Under the pieces are notes generated by a model. The model did no database searches. It was given only the letters and a program-made list of their open reading frames with translations, and had not been told where the DNA came from. Positions 1 through 13,088 of a DNA stretch of 64,000 bases are shown here, one piece after another. The translations under genes were made by a program, and so were the position numbers. The stretch is from Octopus bimaculoides (lineage: Eukaryota), in assembly GCF_001194135.2 (NCBI RefSeq), contig NC_068982.1, forward strand, positions 188,547,732-188,611,731, in the 5' to 3' direction. The first letter of the stretch is position 1. Each line of letters starts with the position of its first letter.

Positions 1-96
1 CAGTCCTCAGTCAAATCGTCCAACCCATGCTAGCATGGAAAGCGGACGTTAAACGATGATGATGATGATGATGATATATATATATATACACATACA

Positions 97-456
97 TCGT
101 TACCAGCGTTGCCTTCTAGCACTTGTGCTGGTGGCACGTTAAAAAATCATTCGAGTGAGGTCATTGCCAGTACCGCTGGACTGGCTCCCGTGTAGGTGGC
201 ATGTAAAAAACACCTTTTTGAGCGTGGCCGTTGCCAGTACCGAGTGACTGGCCCTCGTGCCGGTGGCACATAAAAGCACCCACTACACTCTCGGAGTGGT
301 TGGCGTTAGAAAGGGCATCCAGCTGTAGAAACTCTGCCAGATCAGATTGGAGTCTGGTACAGCCTTCTGGCTTGTCAGTCCTCAGTCAAATCGTCCAACC
401 CATGCTAGCATGGAAAGCGGACATTAAACGAAGATGATGATGATGATGATGATGAT
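97..456 (+). mobile_element. 5'-truncated RTE 3' UTR/tail copy
   Basis: Tandem units at 125-290, conserved tail, (GAT)n ending at 456. A second tail end lies at 1-75. Confidence 0.85.
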
Positions 457-473
457 ATATTATATATTTATTA

Positions 474-649
474 CTGGTGCAGGCCAGTTTACAGGGCTAC
501 CCTGGGTTTTTCACCATAAAGGGTACCTTTATGGTGAGAATATTATGAAGAGACCATAAGTCAACAGATCTTACAGTCTGAAGATATGCCATAAAGGCAC
601 CTTTTATGGTGAGAAACCCAGGGTAACCCTATAAATCAGCCTTCACTAG
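474..649. mobile_element. Foldback MITE with ~60-bp imperfect TIRs, each containing an internal palindrome
   Basis: Arms 471-534 and 589-652 are ~85% complementary; TA flanks; internal caccataaag-ggtac-ctttatggtg. Confidence 0.7.
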
Positions 650-914
650 TAATTAATACAGACTGCTCTTCTTCTTAGAGTCTGCTTCTTCGCTGGATTT
701 TTGTTTTTCTAAAAAAAAAAACTATATATATATATCATCATCTAATGTCCACTGCATGGGTTAGATGGAATTTGTTGGGGCAAATTTTCTATGCCCCAGG
801 TGCCTCCCCACTCCTGTTGCTAATCTTTACCTGTTTCCAAGCAAGGTGATATTTCCCCATTGGCCAGACTCATTTTTCATGGAAACAAATGACATTGCTT
901 CTATGAAGAGGACA

Positions 915-1190
915 GAACATTGATTGGCTACGACAGAAAGGGCCATGGAAAGAGCCAAGCTAGTAATATCAATAAAAGAAGACATTAGAAACGAGAGAAT
1001 TTGAGAATGGAGCAGGTGATGTGATCACAAGGTACTGGAAGCACAAGTTCAGCTGGGCTGGATATGTTGCAAGGTTCACAGGCAAAAAGTGAACCCATAC
1101 AGTTGCAGAATGGTATCCAAGGGATCAGAAAAGGCCATTTGGAAGGCCCCTTTGATGAGGAGAAGATGATTTAGTTAAGCAATTCGGATG
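915..1190 (+). mobile_element. Degenerate RTE-clade LINE RT C-terminal fragment
   Basis: Translates to TERAMERAKLVISIKEDIRNERI*...KFSWAGYVAR...EWYPRDQKRPFGRP, with stops. Confidence 0.8.
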
Positions 1191-1627
1191 AAGATGGCAA
1201 AGAATAATGCAATCAAAACAGACACACCTAACAAAGCCATAAAAAAAGGAAATAACAATGTAATTTCATTGTTTATGTCATATTTCTATGCTCATCATCA
1301 TCATTTAATGTCTGTTTTTCCTGCTGGTATGGGTTGGACAGTTTGACAAGAGCTGGCAAACCTGAGAGTCCACCTTGAAATCATAGAATTATGCTTGGAA
1401 ACAGATGTGAATTTACAACAGGAAAGGCGTCTGGTTATAAAAAAATCTGCCTCAATAAATTCCATCTGACTCGTGTAAGCATGGAAAAGGAGATGTTAAA
1501 ACGATGATGATATTTTTTAACATTTATAATTTCCAAGTTTATATTGTAATTGCACGTCATTTCCACATTAGTTTAATAATCTCGTTTCTAACCCAACCGT
1601 CTTCAATTCTCCATTTCTCTCACACAG

Positions 1628-1793
1628 CCAACCAAATGCCTGGGCAGCCAGCCCCTTCTCCAGCCTCCAAAGCCTGTTCGACAACACTTGATCTCTCCCC
1701 CTGCTTCTCCACCAGTTGGCTGGGAGCCCACACTTGAGACGGAACCTGTGATAAACTATGACCTTCTGGCAGCAGTGGCTGCCCTCAGTCCAG
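1628..1793 (+). CDS. RCAN: Calcipressin/RCAN penultimate coding exon (PTKCLGSQPLLQPPKPVRQHLISPPASPPVGWEPTLETEPVINYDLLAAVAALSP-G)
   Basis: Acceptor ctctcacacAG at 1626-1627 and donor GTAAGT at 1794. 166 nt = 55 codons + 1. Contains the LxxP motif (LQPP), the xLISPPASPPVGW signature and the VINYDLL motif of RCAN/DSCR1 proteins. Paralog identity is not assignable. Confidence 0.96.
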
Positions 1794-1972
1794 GTAAGTG
1801 TTGTTGTTGTTGTTGTTTGTATTATTTCTGGAATCCAGGAATTATGATTTTCACAGAATTTTATTCGTCTTTTTAGTATCCTTGTGTGCAGTGTCTGTCA
1901 CAGAAGGATTAAAAACCAATATGGGGACAATCAAAATGTAGTGTATACATAAATACAAACATAAATATATAA

Positions 1973-2817
1973 TCATCATCATCATCATCATCGTTTAACG
2001 TCTGCTTTCCATGCTGGCATGGGTTGCATGGTTTCACTGGGGACTGGTGAACCAGAAGGCTGCACCAGGCTCCATTCTGATCTAGCAGAGTTTCTACAGC
2101 TGGATGCCCTTCCTAATGCCAATCACTCCGAGAGCGTAGTGAGTGCTTTTACGTGCCACCAGTACGAGGGCCGGTCAAGCAGTACTGGCAACAGCCACAC
2201 TCAAGTGATGTTTTTTATGTGCCACCTGCACAGGAGCCAGTCCAGCGGCACTGACAACAACCTCGCTCGAATGTTTTTCACGTGCCACCGGCACAAGTAC
2301 CAGTAAGGCAACGCTGGTAACGATCACGCTGGAATGATGCTTTTTTTGTGCCACCAGCACGGGAGCCAGTGAGCAGTCCTGGCGACAATCACGCTCAGAT
2401 GGTGCTTTTAACGTTCCTCTGGCATGGGTGCCAGCCAGGTGGTGCTGTCATTGACCACCTCAGTGAATTTGATTTGGATTGTGATTTCACTTGCCTCAAC
2501 AGGTCTTTGCAAGCAATGCGTAAGTGGGCTGGTTACACCACTGGCATAGGCCACAGGCTATGGTCTCACTTGGCTTGCAGGGTCTTCTCAAGCACAACAT
2601 ATCTCCAAAGGTCTTGGTCACTTGTCATCGCCTCCATGAGGCCCAATGTTCAAAGGTCATGCTTCACCACCTAATCCCATGTCTTCCTGTGTCTACCTCT
2701 TCCACAGATTCCCTCAACTGCTTAGGGTGTGACACTTTTCCACACAGCTGTCCTCATCCATTTGCACCACATGTCCATACCAGTGCAGTTGTCTCTCTTG
2801 CGCACACCACATCTGAT
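1973..2817 (-). mobile_element. RTE LINE 3' end with 3' UTR tandem array
   Basis: (CAT)n tail at 1973, conserved tail, several ~65-bp units, ORF end at ~2590-2817. Ends approximate. Confidence 0.88.
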
Positions 2818-2944
2818 ATATATATATTGCTATTGTTGCTAACAGACAAATCACAGCAATACTGAGTATTGTCCTTTTGTTTATTTACTCCTGTATTTGT
2901 GGAACTTTATTATTTGTGCTCTCTTATTTACACAATATCGTTTG

Positions 2945-3373
2945 CTAGTGGCATGTAAAGAGCACCTTTCAAGCGTTGGGCCTCACTGAGGCAAAGTGGC
3001 TGAGTTCCTTTCATGTGTTGGGCCTGATGGAGGCAATGACTGGGACCTTTGGCATTGTGTTGTGCTTGAGAAGAAGACCCATTAAGCCAAGCAAAATTGC
3101 AGTCATGGCAGATATCGGTGTTACGCAAATTGTCCCCCGTGCTGGTGGCATTTAAAAGTACCCCAGTGTTATGCAAATGGCACCCATGCCAGTGGCATGT
3201 AAAAGCACCCATTACACTCTCAGAGTGGTTGGCCTTAGGAAGGGCATCGAGCTGTAGAAGACCATGCCAAATTAGACTGGAGTCTGGTGCAGCTTTCCAG
3301 CTTACCAGCCCAGTCAAACCGTTCAACCCATGCCAGCATGGACAATGGACATTAAAGGATGATGATGATGATG
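2945..3373 (+). mobile_element. RTE 3' end copy
   Basis: ORF end (ttgggcctgatggaggcaatgac), conserved tail and GAT repeats. Ends approximate. Confidence 0.8.
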
Positions 3374-3454
3374 TTATAATGACCTAAAATACTTTGGATT
3401 GTTTGAAATGCCATCACAGATAACTTTTGTTGGAATTGAACTGAGGATAAAGAT

Positions 3455-3700
3455 AAAGCCTGAGAAAACTATTGCAAATCACATGGCAAAACACGGTCCC
3501 AGACACAGAGGTTTCTCTCAAGAGCTGATCTGTTAAGCATTTATACACATTGCTGAAGAGAACACAAGTCAGGTGCACAGGCCACCTTGTTCAAATGCCT
3601 AACACATGGCTGTTCAAGAGACTGTTTCACAGCGAACTGGTGGATGGCAAGCACACACAAGGTGGAGAGAAAAAGCACTTCAAAGATACATTGGGCTGCA
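3455..3700 (+). mobile_element. Degenerate RTE-BovB-like LINE fragment
   Basis: SLRKLLQITWQNTVPDTEV...GHLVQMPNTWLFKRLFHSELVDGKHTQGGEKKHFKDTL. Confidence 0.8.
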
Positions 3701-3800
3701 TTTGCAGACCCCAGAGAACCATTTGCAGACTCCCCTCAACAGCTTCCACTGAAAGAAGAAAACTGTGACATGGTTTTGTTTCCTGATTGCGACTATTAAT

Positions 3801-4002
3801 TAGAAAATTACTATTTTTAAATCTCACAAGAGATATTCAGCAACAGTACTTTGGAGCAAAGATTATTTGCCAACATATTCGAAAATATAAGGACACAGAT
3901 CGTGTCATATAGCCAGCTGGAGATGACGTCTCCTGGGGCTAAATTGCAGCAACATTCGTCCTAAACTAGGACTGCCATGTTATGTTGGCAAACAATCTCT
4001 AC
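3801..4002. mobile_element. Family D element, truncated (inverted arm + forward 3' part, no hammerhead)
   Basis: 13-bp TSD tgc(g/a)actattaat at 3788-3800 and 4003-4015. Confidence 0.85.
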
Positions 4003-4222
4003 TGCAACTATTAATGTCTATAGGAAATCTATGAATGCAACTTTGACCGTGTAATTCAATTCCTTTAATGTTGTTAATTGTCCATCAAAAAATAGAATTG
4101 ATATTTTCTANNNNNNNNNNNNNNNNNNNNNNNNNNNNNNNNNNNNNNNNNNNNNNNNNNNNNNNNNNGCAGGGTTTTTATATCCTCAACAAAAAGTATT
4201 TGATTTTTGCTCTATAAAGAGA

Positions 4223-4830
4223 TCATCATCATCATCATCATTTAACGTCCGCTTTCCATGCTGGCATGGGTTGGACGGTTCGACTGAGGTCTGGAAAGCC
4301 AGGAGGCTGCACCAGGCTCCAATCTGATCTGGCAAAGTTTCTACAGCTGGATGCCCTTCCTAACACCAACCACTCCAAAAGTGTAGTGGGTGCTTTTACT
4401 TGCCACCAGTACAAGGGCCAGTCAGGCGGTTCTGGCAATGACCACGCTCAAAAGGTGTTTTTTTTTACATGCCACCTGCACAGGAGCCAGTCCGGTGGCA
4501 CTGGCAACAACCACGCTCAAATGTCGTTCTTCACGTGCCACCAGCACATGTACCAGTAAGGCAACGCTAGTAATGATCACGCTCGAATAGTGCTTTTTAC
4601 ATGCCATTGGCATGGGAGCCAATCCATGGCCCTGGAACGATCACACTTGGTTGTGCTTTTAACGTTCCACTGGCATGAGTGCCAATCAGGTGGTACTGTC
4701 ATCAGCCATGTCAGCGATTTTGATTTGATTTCACTTGCCTCAATAGGTCTTAACAAGCAAAGTTTATTGTCCAATGAATGAGGGGTACTCATAAAGGGGC
4801 TGCTTACACCCACTGGCATAGGCCACGGGC
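4223..4830 (-). mobile_element. RTE 3' UTR/tail copy
   Basis: (CAT)n, conserved tail and four tandem units. Ends approximate. Confidence 0.85.
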
Positions 4831-5732
4831 TATGGCTATGGATATTTGATGGAATATGGGGAAAATTTTTCTAATCTGAACAAGTGCCACTGGGGGTTTC
4901 TTTGCATAAGGAGAGTTTTTTTCCAAAGCTGTGGAATAAAATTGCATTCTGCAGTTAATGGTAATAAAATGTGGAGTGGATATATTAGTTTTCCACATTG
5001 AAAAGGTGAAGAGGGAGCCTGATGCAGACCCCACAAGATCCATCAGATCAATGTCATTAGTAATGAGATTATTTTTTTGTTTGCTGATAAACTGTGAGGA
5101 AAATGTGTCAAGGGGAGGCTTTTTTTTACTCTGGGAAGAAAGGATTAAGTAAAGTGTTTAAGGAGTTTGGGATGTGAGATAATAGACTTAGAGGTTTGTC
5201 ATGTGCCCTAAGACCCGAGGCCAGACGTTTTAGCATTCAGTTTATTCTGTCAAAAGTAACGTTTATTTATCATGCATTATCTTATAGCTTTGAGATTACA
5301 ATGATGCGATTGTCGGACATTGTAGAGTGGGTGTAAGAGACCAGGTTTGCCTAGTCTGGACATTATACAAGCAGAAATTTTGACCAGATGTGGCTGGTTT
5401 AAACACCAAAGGGTTAATCAGGTTTCCATGGTGTATGAGTGACTTAGATTGCAACACTCATCCCCTGGATGTGATGCCAGTCTATCATAGGGTTAATGAG
5501 GAGACAATGGGGATGAAAAAAAAGGGAAAAGGTAGGTATGTATGTAAAAATGAAGGTTGGCCTGGACAAAGTTGATGTACAACTTGCTAGCTTAGAAGAG
5601 CAAGGTCTGCTGTTGTCCTCACAAAACAGATACCCAGGGTCTTGTTGGGTCAATTGGTTGGTGGTGTGAAGCTTTGGTAATCAGACAAATTGATGGTTTT
5701 GTGGAATAAAGGTATACTTGTGCTATAAACAT

Positions 5733-6017
5733 CTTACAGTTCTATATTTAAGAGGTGAAGAATTATGTACATTAATTACATTTGACAGGGCATATGGCAT
5801 AATGGTTAAGAGCACGGGCTACTAACCCCAAGATTCTGAGTTCGATTCCAAGCAGTGACCTGAATAATAATAACATTGAAAAATACCTTAGGAATAAGAA
5901 CCCAGGTTCAAAATTTCCCCAAGATACCTGATGAAGGCTGGAGGGTATATCAGCCGAAACGTTCTGTTAACAACAAACAAGATGAGGACAAATATCTGTC
6001 AAGTGTAAATAATGTAA
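5733..6017 (+). mobile_element. Family C hammerhead/tRNA-head retroelement (inverted 3' arm + forward copy) in last RCAN intron
   Basis: 19-bp TSD atacttgt(g/a)ctataaacat at 5714-5732 and 6018-6036; A box 5795-5805; B box 5838-5849; hammerhead 5923-5968 with damaged stem I. Confidence 0.85.
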
Positions 6018-6089
6018 ATACTTGTACTATAAACATGTTGTTTGTCTTCAGAGTCTCTTTCTTTCAACTCTCTTGTTTCTCTTCAACAG

Positions 6090-6226
6090 GGGAAGCCCAC
6101 GAACTCCATCCACCAACAGAGAATCAACCAGGTATTGTCGTCCATATTTGTGAGGAACCAGATGAATTCAAAGATTTAGCTAAACCGAAAATTGTTCAAA
6201 CTATGTGTCCTGACAGAGTCAAATAA
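6090..6226 (+). CDS. RCAN: RCAN terminal coding exon (G-EAHELHPPTENQPGIVVHICEEPDEFKDLAKPKIVQTMCPDRVK*)
   Basis: Pyrimidine tract plus cAG at 6088-6089. The phase-1 start matches the upstream donor (G|GG = Gly). Contains PxIxIT-like PGIVVH, PKIVQT and TxxP (TMCP) motifs. TAA at 6224-6226. Confidence 0.95.
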
Positions 6227-6904
6227 ATGTGAAAATATTTAAAAATGAAAGAAAAAAAACGGTTTAAAATGCTCACCTTCCTCTCCTTGAACTGATTTTC
6301 TGTGTTTGTTGTAAAAACCCTGTTTCTCTCTCTCTCTCTCTTCATCCTCTCCACGTTATCTTTTTTTTCTCTCTCTCTCCTCACTTTTTATTAAAATGTT
6401 TCCTTTGTATTTCCTGTCCTTTTCTTTTATTCTCCTCGACACCCTCCTACGCTAAACCAATGTTATTAATTCCTGCTAATATTGCTAAGACATTGCTTGG
6501 ACAGTATCTACCGTTTCCACAGAACAAATCTCCTTCTGCTTCCTTCTCTTCCTCGTCTTTCTAACAAACAACCAGAAATTCTTTCACTTCTACCAGCAAT
6601 TGGATTGGACCAACCTTACTTTGCCACTGTCACCACCACCACCACCACCACCTTCACCAACACCAGCAGCCAGTAATCTCTTAGTATCCAACAATGCCTT
6701 TATGTAAAAGCACTGTCATGTTGATAATTTGTGGATTTATCTGTCTATTTTCCTCTTTCGACAAGGCACAACAAACTGTAAATTAAAATTCTATTTTAAA
6801 TTTATTATTATGTTGTAACATTTATTATACACACAAATAATATATTAAATATAAATATACCTGACTGGATTTTTAACTCTGTTCATGAGCTTTGTCATTA
6901 TGAG

Positions 6905-6910
6905 AATAAA
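6905..6910 (+). promoter_or_regulatory. Candidate polyadenylation signal for RCAN
   Basis: AATAAA about 680 nt after the stop in AT-rich sequence; no transcript evidence. Confidence 0.3.
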
Positions 6911-7894
6911 ATAGAGAAAGGTAATTAAATAGTTCCATGACATCGACATTTGTCATCTTGATGTGTGTGTATACATAGACCCCTGTTTAATTGAGGGTTT
7001 TTTTCCTTTTTTTTTTTTTTCCTTCTTTTCTTGTCTTGCAAGTAACATGGCAACCTCGCTAGAGAAAAGCACCCGGGATACTCAATAAAGTGGCTGGCAC
7101 TAGGGAAGGGCATCCAGTGACAGAAACCATGCCAAAGCTGATGTCAGAGCTCACCTTGGCCCTTGTGGCTCAACAGATTCTGCCTAGGCACTCAACTCAT
7201 AAAAGAAAGGAAAACAAATGATGATGATGATGATGGTGCTATTAAACCCACACATTTTTCATTTAATTTTAGCTTCTTTCTTCGCTGTCAAAAGTCATAT
7301 ATTCTACTGTTAAGATTGGTTAATGCCAAAAAGGTATTCAAAACTCCCACCATATATTTATACAGCATTGCTATAATATAGACAAATCAAACAAAGAACA
7401 AGTGAAGCAATGGATTTGAAAAAAGCGTTTTGTTTCCAGCCTCTTCAGAAATGAAGATGCTTAAACCTCTCTCTCTCTGTCTATAGTTCTCTGCACATGA
7501 CAATAGCAATTGATGTTTTCTTTGGAAACTAAAGGGAAACTGAGCTAAACTAAGACTCAAATAATACTGTCTCTTGCATTTCTTTTGTAAACTTATGTTG
7601 CAGAGTTTAATTTAATAAACCTCATCATCCTTTGACATCCACTTTTCCATGTGCAGGTAGCATGTAAAAAGCACCTTTTGAGCATGGTTGTTGCCAGAAC
7701 TGCTTGACTGGCCCTCATGCAGATGGCATGTAAAAGCACCCACTACGCTCTTTGAGTGGTTGGCGTTAGGAAAGGCATCCAGATCGGATTGGAGCCTGGT
7801 GCAGCCTTCTGGCTCACCTGTCCTCAGTCAAACTATCCAACCCATGCCAGCATGGAAAGCAGACATCAAACGACAATGATGATATATATATATA

Positions 7895-8222
7895 GGTGCA
7901 AGAGTGGCTGTGTGGTAAGAAGCTTGCTTCCCAACCACACAACTCCGGGTTCAGTCCCACTGCATGGCACCTTGGGCAAGTGTCTTCTACTATAGCCACA
8001 GGTCGACCAAGGCTTTGTGAGTGGATTTGGTAGACAGAAACTGAAAAAAGCCTGTCATATATATATGTTTGTTTGTCTGTGTTTGTCCCCCTACCATCGC
8101 TTGACACCCAATGTTGGTGTGCTTATGTCCCCATAACTTAGTGGTTCGGTAAGAGACCAATAGAATAAGTCCTGGGATCGATTTGTTTGACTAAAGGCGG
8201 TGCTCCAGCATGGCCACAGTCA
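7895..8222 (+). mobile_element. tRNA-derived SINE family B (CORE-like), with internal (TA)/(TG) microsatellite
   Basis: Head gtggctgtgtggtaagaagcttgc...gggttcagtccc, CORE-like ggcaccttgggcaagtgtctt, tail ggcggtgctccagcatggcc. Confidence 0.85.
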
Positions 8223-8226
8223 AAGA

Positions 8227-8261
<35 letters not shown>

Positions 8262-9067
8262 TATATATACATATGATAGATTTGTTTAAGTTTCTTTCTA
8301 CCAAATTCACTCACAAGACTTTGGTCTGCCAGAGCCATCGTAAAAGACACTTGCCTAAAGTGCCACACAGTGGGACTGAACCGGGAACCATGTGGTTGGG
8401 ATGCAAGCTTCTTACCACATCATTATGTTCAAAAAGATTGATTCTGATTTACCAGGCTTTGAGAAAATCCCACATATATTACTGGTAGTTTGGATTCCTG
8501 AATGTAAGTCCACACAGCTTTGTCATGGTAAAGAATCTTTGAGACAAAGTCGTATATCGATGCACACAAACATGTTTTTGACAGACAAGGATTTGTTTCA
8601 AAGCAAATGGCTGCAACTTGAATAAAACAAGCATGGCCGTGTGATTAAGAAACTCACTTTGCAACCATGTGACTTCACCCTTTCCTTACCAACCCAGCCA
8701 AAGCCAGCCGAGTGAACTCATTGATATTTAAATGTGAATTCCAGCACAAATCTCGTTAGTACATTCATGAAAACACTTGATTTCACTTTGTAAATAGTCG
8801 AGTTACAGTATCCAACATCGTTTGTTGTGACACCTGAGCTCTAAGAATTTTGGGAGAATTTTTTTTTCCATCTTTTAAAATGGATAACAATTTCATGCTA
8901 TCGAGCAGTGATTCTGAATTTGAGGGCTTTTCAATGGAAGATATGGAGAAATCAAGCAAATGTAAGCTTGTCTGAAATGATCACATACGGAATCAAACCA
9001 TTATGCAGAAAGTAAACAAACCGAGAAAAAAGGACAGCTTGTGGCTACATGTGTTTACCTGTAATTA

Positions 9068-9660
9068 GTCATCATCATCAACGTCGTTTAACGTCCACTT
9101 TCCATGCTGACATGGGTTGAATGGTATGACTGAGGGGCTACACCAGGCTCCAATCTGATTTGGCAGAGTTTCTACAGCTGGATGCCCTTCCTAACGCCAA
9201 TCACTCAGAGAGTGTAGTGGGTGCTTTTTACGTGCCACCGGCATGAGGGCTAGTGAGGCGATACTGGCAATGATCATGCCCAAAAGGTGTGTTTTACATG
9301 CCATCTGCACAGAAGCCAGTAAGGTGATGCTGGCAATGATCACACTCGAATGGTGCTTTTTACGTGCCACCTGCATGGGAGCCAGTGACCGGCCCTGTTA
9401 ATGATCACGCTCAGATAGTGTTTTAAACGTTCCACTGGCACGAGTGCCAATCAGGTGGTACTGTCATCAGCCATGTCAGCGATTTTGATCTCACTTGCCT
9501 CAATGGGTCTTCACAAACAAAGTTTATTGTCCAATGATTGAAGGGTACTCTTAAATGGGCTGGTTATACAGCACTGGCATAGGCCCCGGGTTATGGTTGC
9601 ACTTGGCTTGTTGGGTCTTCTCAAGCACAGCATATCTCCAAAAGTCTCAGTCACTAGTGT
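9068..9660 (-). mobile_element. RTE 3' UTR/tail copy
   Basis: Same structure as 4223-4830. Ends approximate. Confidence 0.85.
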
Positions 9661-11004
9661 CATTGAGACAAAATTTATGAAATAGAATTAAGAACCTTTT
9701 CTTCAATTGTGTTCCAAAAACTCATTAATATGTCGATAAATAAAATAGTTGATTTTAGAATTTAATTGAAACTCATTAGGGTTTTAGTTAGAAATATAAT
9801 AACAAAAGAGTTAAGTGTCTCTTCTACTGTAGCACTAAGATGGCCAATGCCTTGAGAATGAATTTGCTAGATGGAAACTGTGTAGAATACAATCATGTGT
9901 GAGTGTGTGCATGCATATATTTTTTGCAAATAACTTGCAGATGCAAGTACTACCAGTCGAAAGCTCCACATACTGGATGCTATCAGGCTAACGGGGTCAT
10001 CAGGAGAGAATGTGCACCATTTCAAGGCCTCCCTCTCAATGGCATTATTGTGCATGAGCCCTCAATGAGATGAGGCCCCATTCACTAGATCAACTGGTTA
10101 CAAGGCTTATAGTTGTGTGTGTGTGTGTGTGTGTCCTACTACTTGACAACTTGTGTTGATTTGTTTACATCTTCATAACTTAGCAGTTCAGCTAAAGAGA
10201 CCAATAGAATAAGTACCAGACTATAAAAAACCAATACTGAGGTTGTTTTGTTCAATGAAAACCCTTCAAAGTGTTGCTCCAGCATGGCCACAGTCCAGTG
10301 GCCTTAAGTAGTAAAAGATCCTTCCACTTACCTGGTAAAACAAACTCTGAAATGGTCCAAAACTTCCAGACAGATTTTTCTGCAGCTGGACGCCCTTCCT
10401 GTCACCAACCCTCACCAATTTCCAAACAAGGTAATATTTCTCCATGGCCAGACATGTTTTCACAGAAGTTTGAAAATGAAGGACACAGCTTGTACAAGAG
10501 TGACACAATGACAAGACAAGGAGACACTCCCATACATATACAATAATATATGTTCACAAGGGGCTTCTTTCAGTTTCCATCATCAAATCCATTCACTTTA
10601 GTGAGCCCAAGGTTACATAATAGACACTTACAGAAGGTGCCACACAATGGAATTGAACCCAGAACCCTGTGTTTGGGAAACAAACTGCTGAACCACATTG
10701 CCAGAATACAGAATTTATAGAATTAGTGGCAATACTTGATCAGAACTAATGACAGCACTCAACCTGCTAGAAACAGTAGCCAAATGTCTATCATACCACA
10801 AGAGGTACAGATACATTGGATTTCCACTGTCTGGAACTGTGGTTCTCAACCAGAGTCTAGATGACCCTTAGGGGTTGACATAAGGTTTTGGAGTGGGGGT
10901 TGGTGGTCTATGTGAGCATGATAAAAAACTAGGGATTCTCAGTTGTATTTTAAGGGTCCATGAAAAGAGTTTTGCGCTTGATGTATTTTATCACAAGCTG
11001 TCTG

Positions 11005-11376
11005 GCTTCCGTGCTAGTGGTATGTAAATAGCACCATTTGAGCATGATCATTACCAGTGTTGCCTTACTGGCACATTAGAAAATCATTTGAGCGAGGTCG
11101 TTGCCAGTGCCGCTGGACTGGCTCCTGTGCAGGTGGCACGTAAAATACACCATTTCGAGCGTGGCCATTGCCAGTACCACCTGACTGGCCTTCGTGCTGG
11201 TGGCACGTAAAAGTACCCACTACACTCTCGGAGTGGTTGGCATTGGGAAGGGCATCCAGCTGTAGAAACTCTGCCAAATCAGATTGGAGCCTGGTGTAGC
11301 CATCTGGTTCACCAGTCCTCAGTCAAATCGTCCAACCCATGCTAGCATGGAAAGCGGATGTTAAACGATGATGATG
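11005..11376 (+). mobile_element. RTE 3' UTR/tail copy
   Basis: Three tandem units plus tail plus GAT repeats. Confidence 0.85.
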
Positions 11377-11387
11377 AAGAAACAGAN

Positions 11388-12206
11388 NNNNNNNNNNNNN
11401 NNNNNNNNNNNNNNNNNNNNNNNNNNNNNNNNNNNNNNNNNNNNNNNNNNNNNNNNNNNNNNNNNNNNNNNNNNNNNNNNNNNNNNNNNNNNNNNNNNNN
11501 NNNNNNNNNNNNNNNNNNNNNNNNNNNNNNNNNNNNNNNNNNNNNNNNNNNNNNNNNNNNNNNNNNNNNNNNNNNNNNNNNNNNNNNNNNNNNNNNNNNN
11601 NNNNNNNNNNNNNNNNNNNNNNNNNNNNNNNNNNNNNNNNNNNNNNNNNNNNNNNNNNNNNNNNNNNNNNNNNNNNNNNNNNNNNNNNNNNNNNNNNNNN
11701 NNNNNNNNNNNNNNNNNNNNNNNNNNNNNNNNNNNNNNNNNNNNNNNNNNNNNNNNNNNNNNNNNNNNNNNNNNNNNNNNNNNNNNNNNNNNNNNNNNNN
11801 NNNNNNNNNNNNNNNNNNNNNNNNNNNNNNNNNNNNNNNNNNNNNNNNNNNNNNNNNNNNNNNNNNNNNNNNNNNNNNNNNNNNNNNNNNNNNNNNNNNN
11901 NNNNNNNNNNNNNNNNNNNNNNNNNNNNNNNNNNNNNNNNNNNNNNNNNNNNNNNNNNNNNNNNNNNNNNNNNNNNNNNNNNNNNNNNNNNNNNNNNNNN
12001 NNNNNNNNNNNNNNNNNNNNNNNNNNNNNNNNNNNNNNNNNNNNNNNNNNNNNNNNNNNNNNNNNNNNNNNNNNNNNNNNNNNNNNNNNNNNNNNNNNNN
12101 NNNNNNNNNNNNNNNNNNNNNNNNNNNNNNNNNNNNNNNNNNNNNNNNNNNNNNNNNNNNNNNNNNNNNNNNNNNNNNNNNNNNNNNNNNNNNNNNNNNN
12201 NNNNNT
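11388..12206. other. Scaffold gap (others at ~4111, 17735, 34647, 41671, 45390, 58643, 60845, plus 10-N gaps at 19013, 24502, 24787, 35657, 44739)
   Basis: Runs of N. Confidence 0.99.
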
Positions 12207-13088
12207 AGATGAAGAAAAATATTCCAGCATACTACAAAGATATTTGATTTCTTAAGAAATAATTGTTTTGGTCTGAAGGGGGGGGGGGAATGGGGGCAAG
12301 AAAACCTTGTTACAATTTTATCACATCAGTTTGAGAAAAACAAACAAGCGTGGCTGTGTGGTAAACAGCTTGCTTCCCAAGCACATGGTTCCAAGTTCAG
12401 TCCCAGTGTGAGACACCTTGGGCAAGTATCTTCTACTACAGCTTCAGGCCAACCAAAGCATTGTGAGTGGATTTGGCAGATGGAAACAGAAAGAAGCTTG
12501 TCATATATAGACAGACAGATGTGTGTGCGTGTCTTTGTGTCTGTTCCTCACTACTGCTTGACAAAGGGTGTTGGTGTGTTTGCATCCCTGTAACTTAGTG
12601 GTTTAGCAAAGAGATTAATAGAATAAGTTCTAAGCTTAAAAAAACACCAAAATTCTTCGTTGAACTAAAATTCTTCGAGGTGCTGCCCCAGCATGGCCGC
12701 TGTGTAACAAGTGAGACTAAAAGAGAAAAGATAAACATCACCATTTATTAGTGTTTTTAATAACAACTGTTGGAAGAAGAACATCCAACCATAAAAAGAG
12801 AAACATGTTTTAATGGGGGGGGGGGGACAATGACCTTAAAACAAATCATTGTTTGCAAGAGAGAACAATTTGAAAAGAATAGAGCTTGCTCGTTCCATCT
12901 CAAGAATTATGAAAACAACCAACTTCTTCAGAGTAAATGGTCAAGAATACATTGGAGTACTGACCCAGTCTACCTTGGAGTAACCTTGTAGACTGCCCTC
13001 TCCTTTAACGCTTTAGCATTCATAGTACTCTGTCGAATGTAATGCTTATTTATTCAAATTGTTTTGAATTAATCATGCATTATCTCAA

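Noticed and set aside
2019-2674. Recurrent small ORFs with FLQLDALPNANHSE or WLALGRASS motifs
   Set aside because: Chance frames of the RTE 3' tail, repeated with every copy.
5876-6089. In-frame N-terminal extension of the RCAN terminal exon
   Set aside because: It is family C repeat plus pyrimidine tract; the real acceptor at 6089 matches the upstream phase.
11358-12255. Long ORFs here and at 17710, 34532, 41617, 45344, 58471, 60710
   Set aside because: They are runs of N translated as X.
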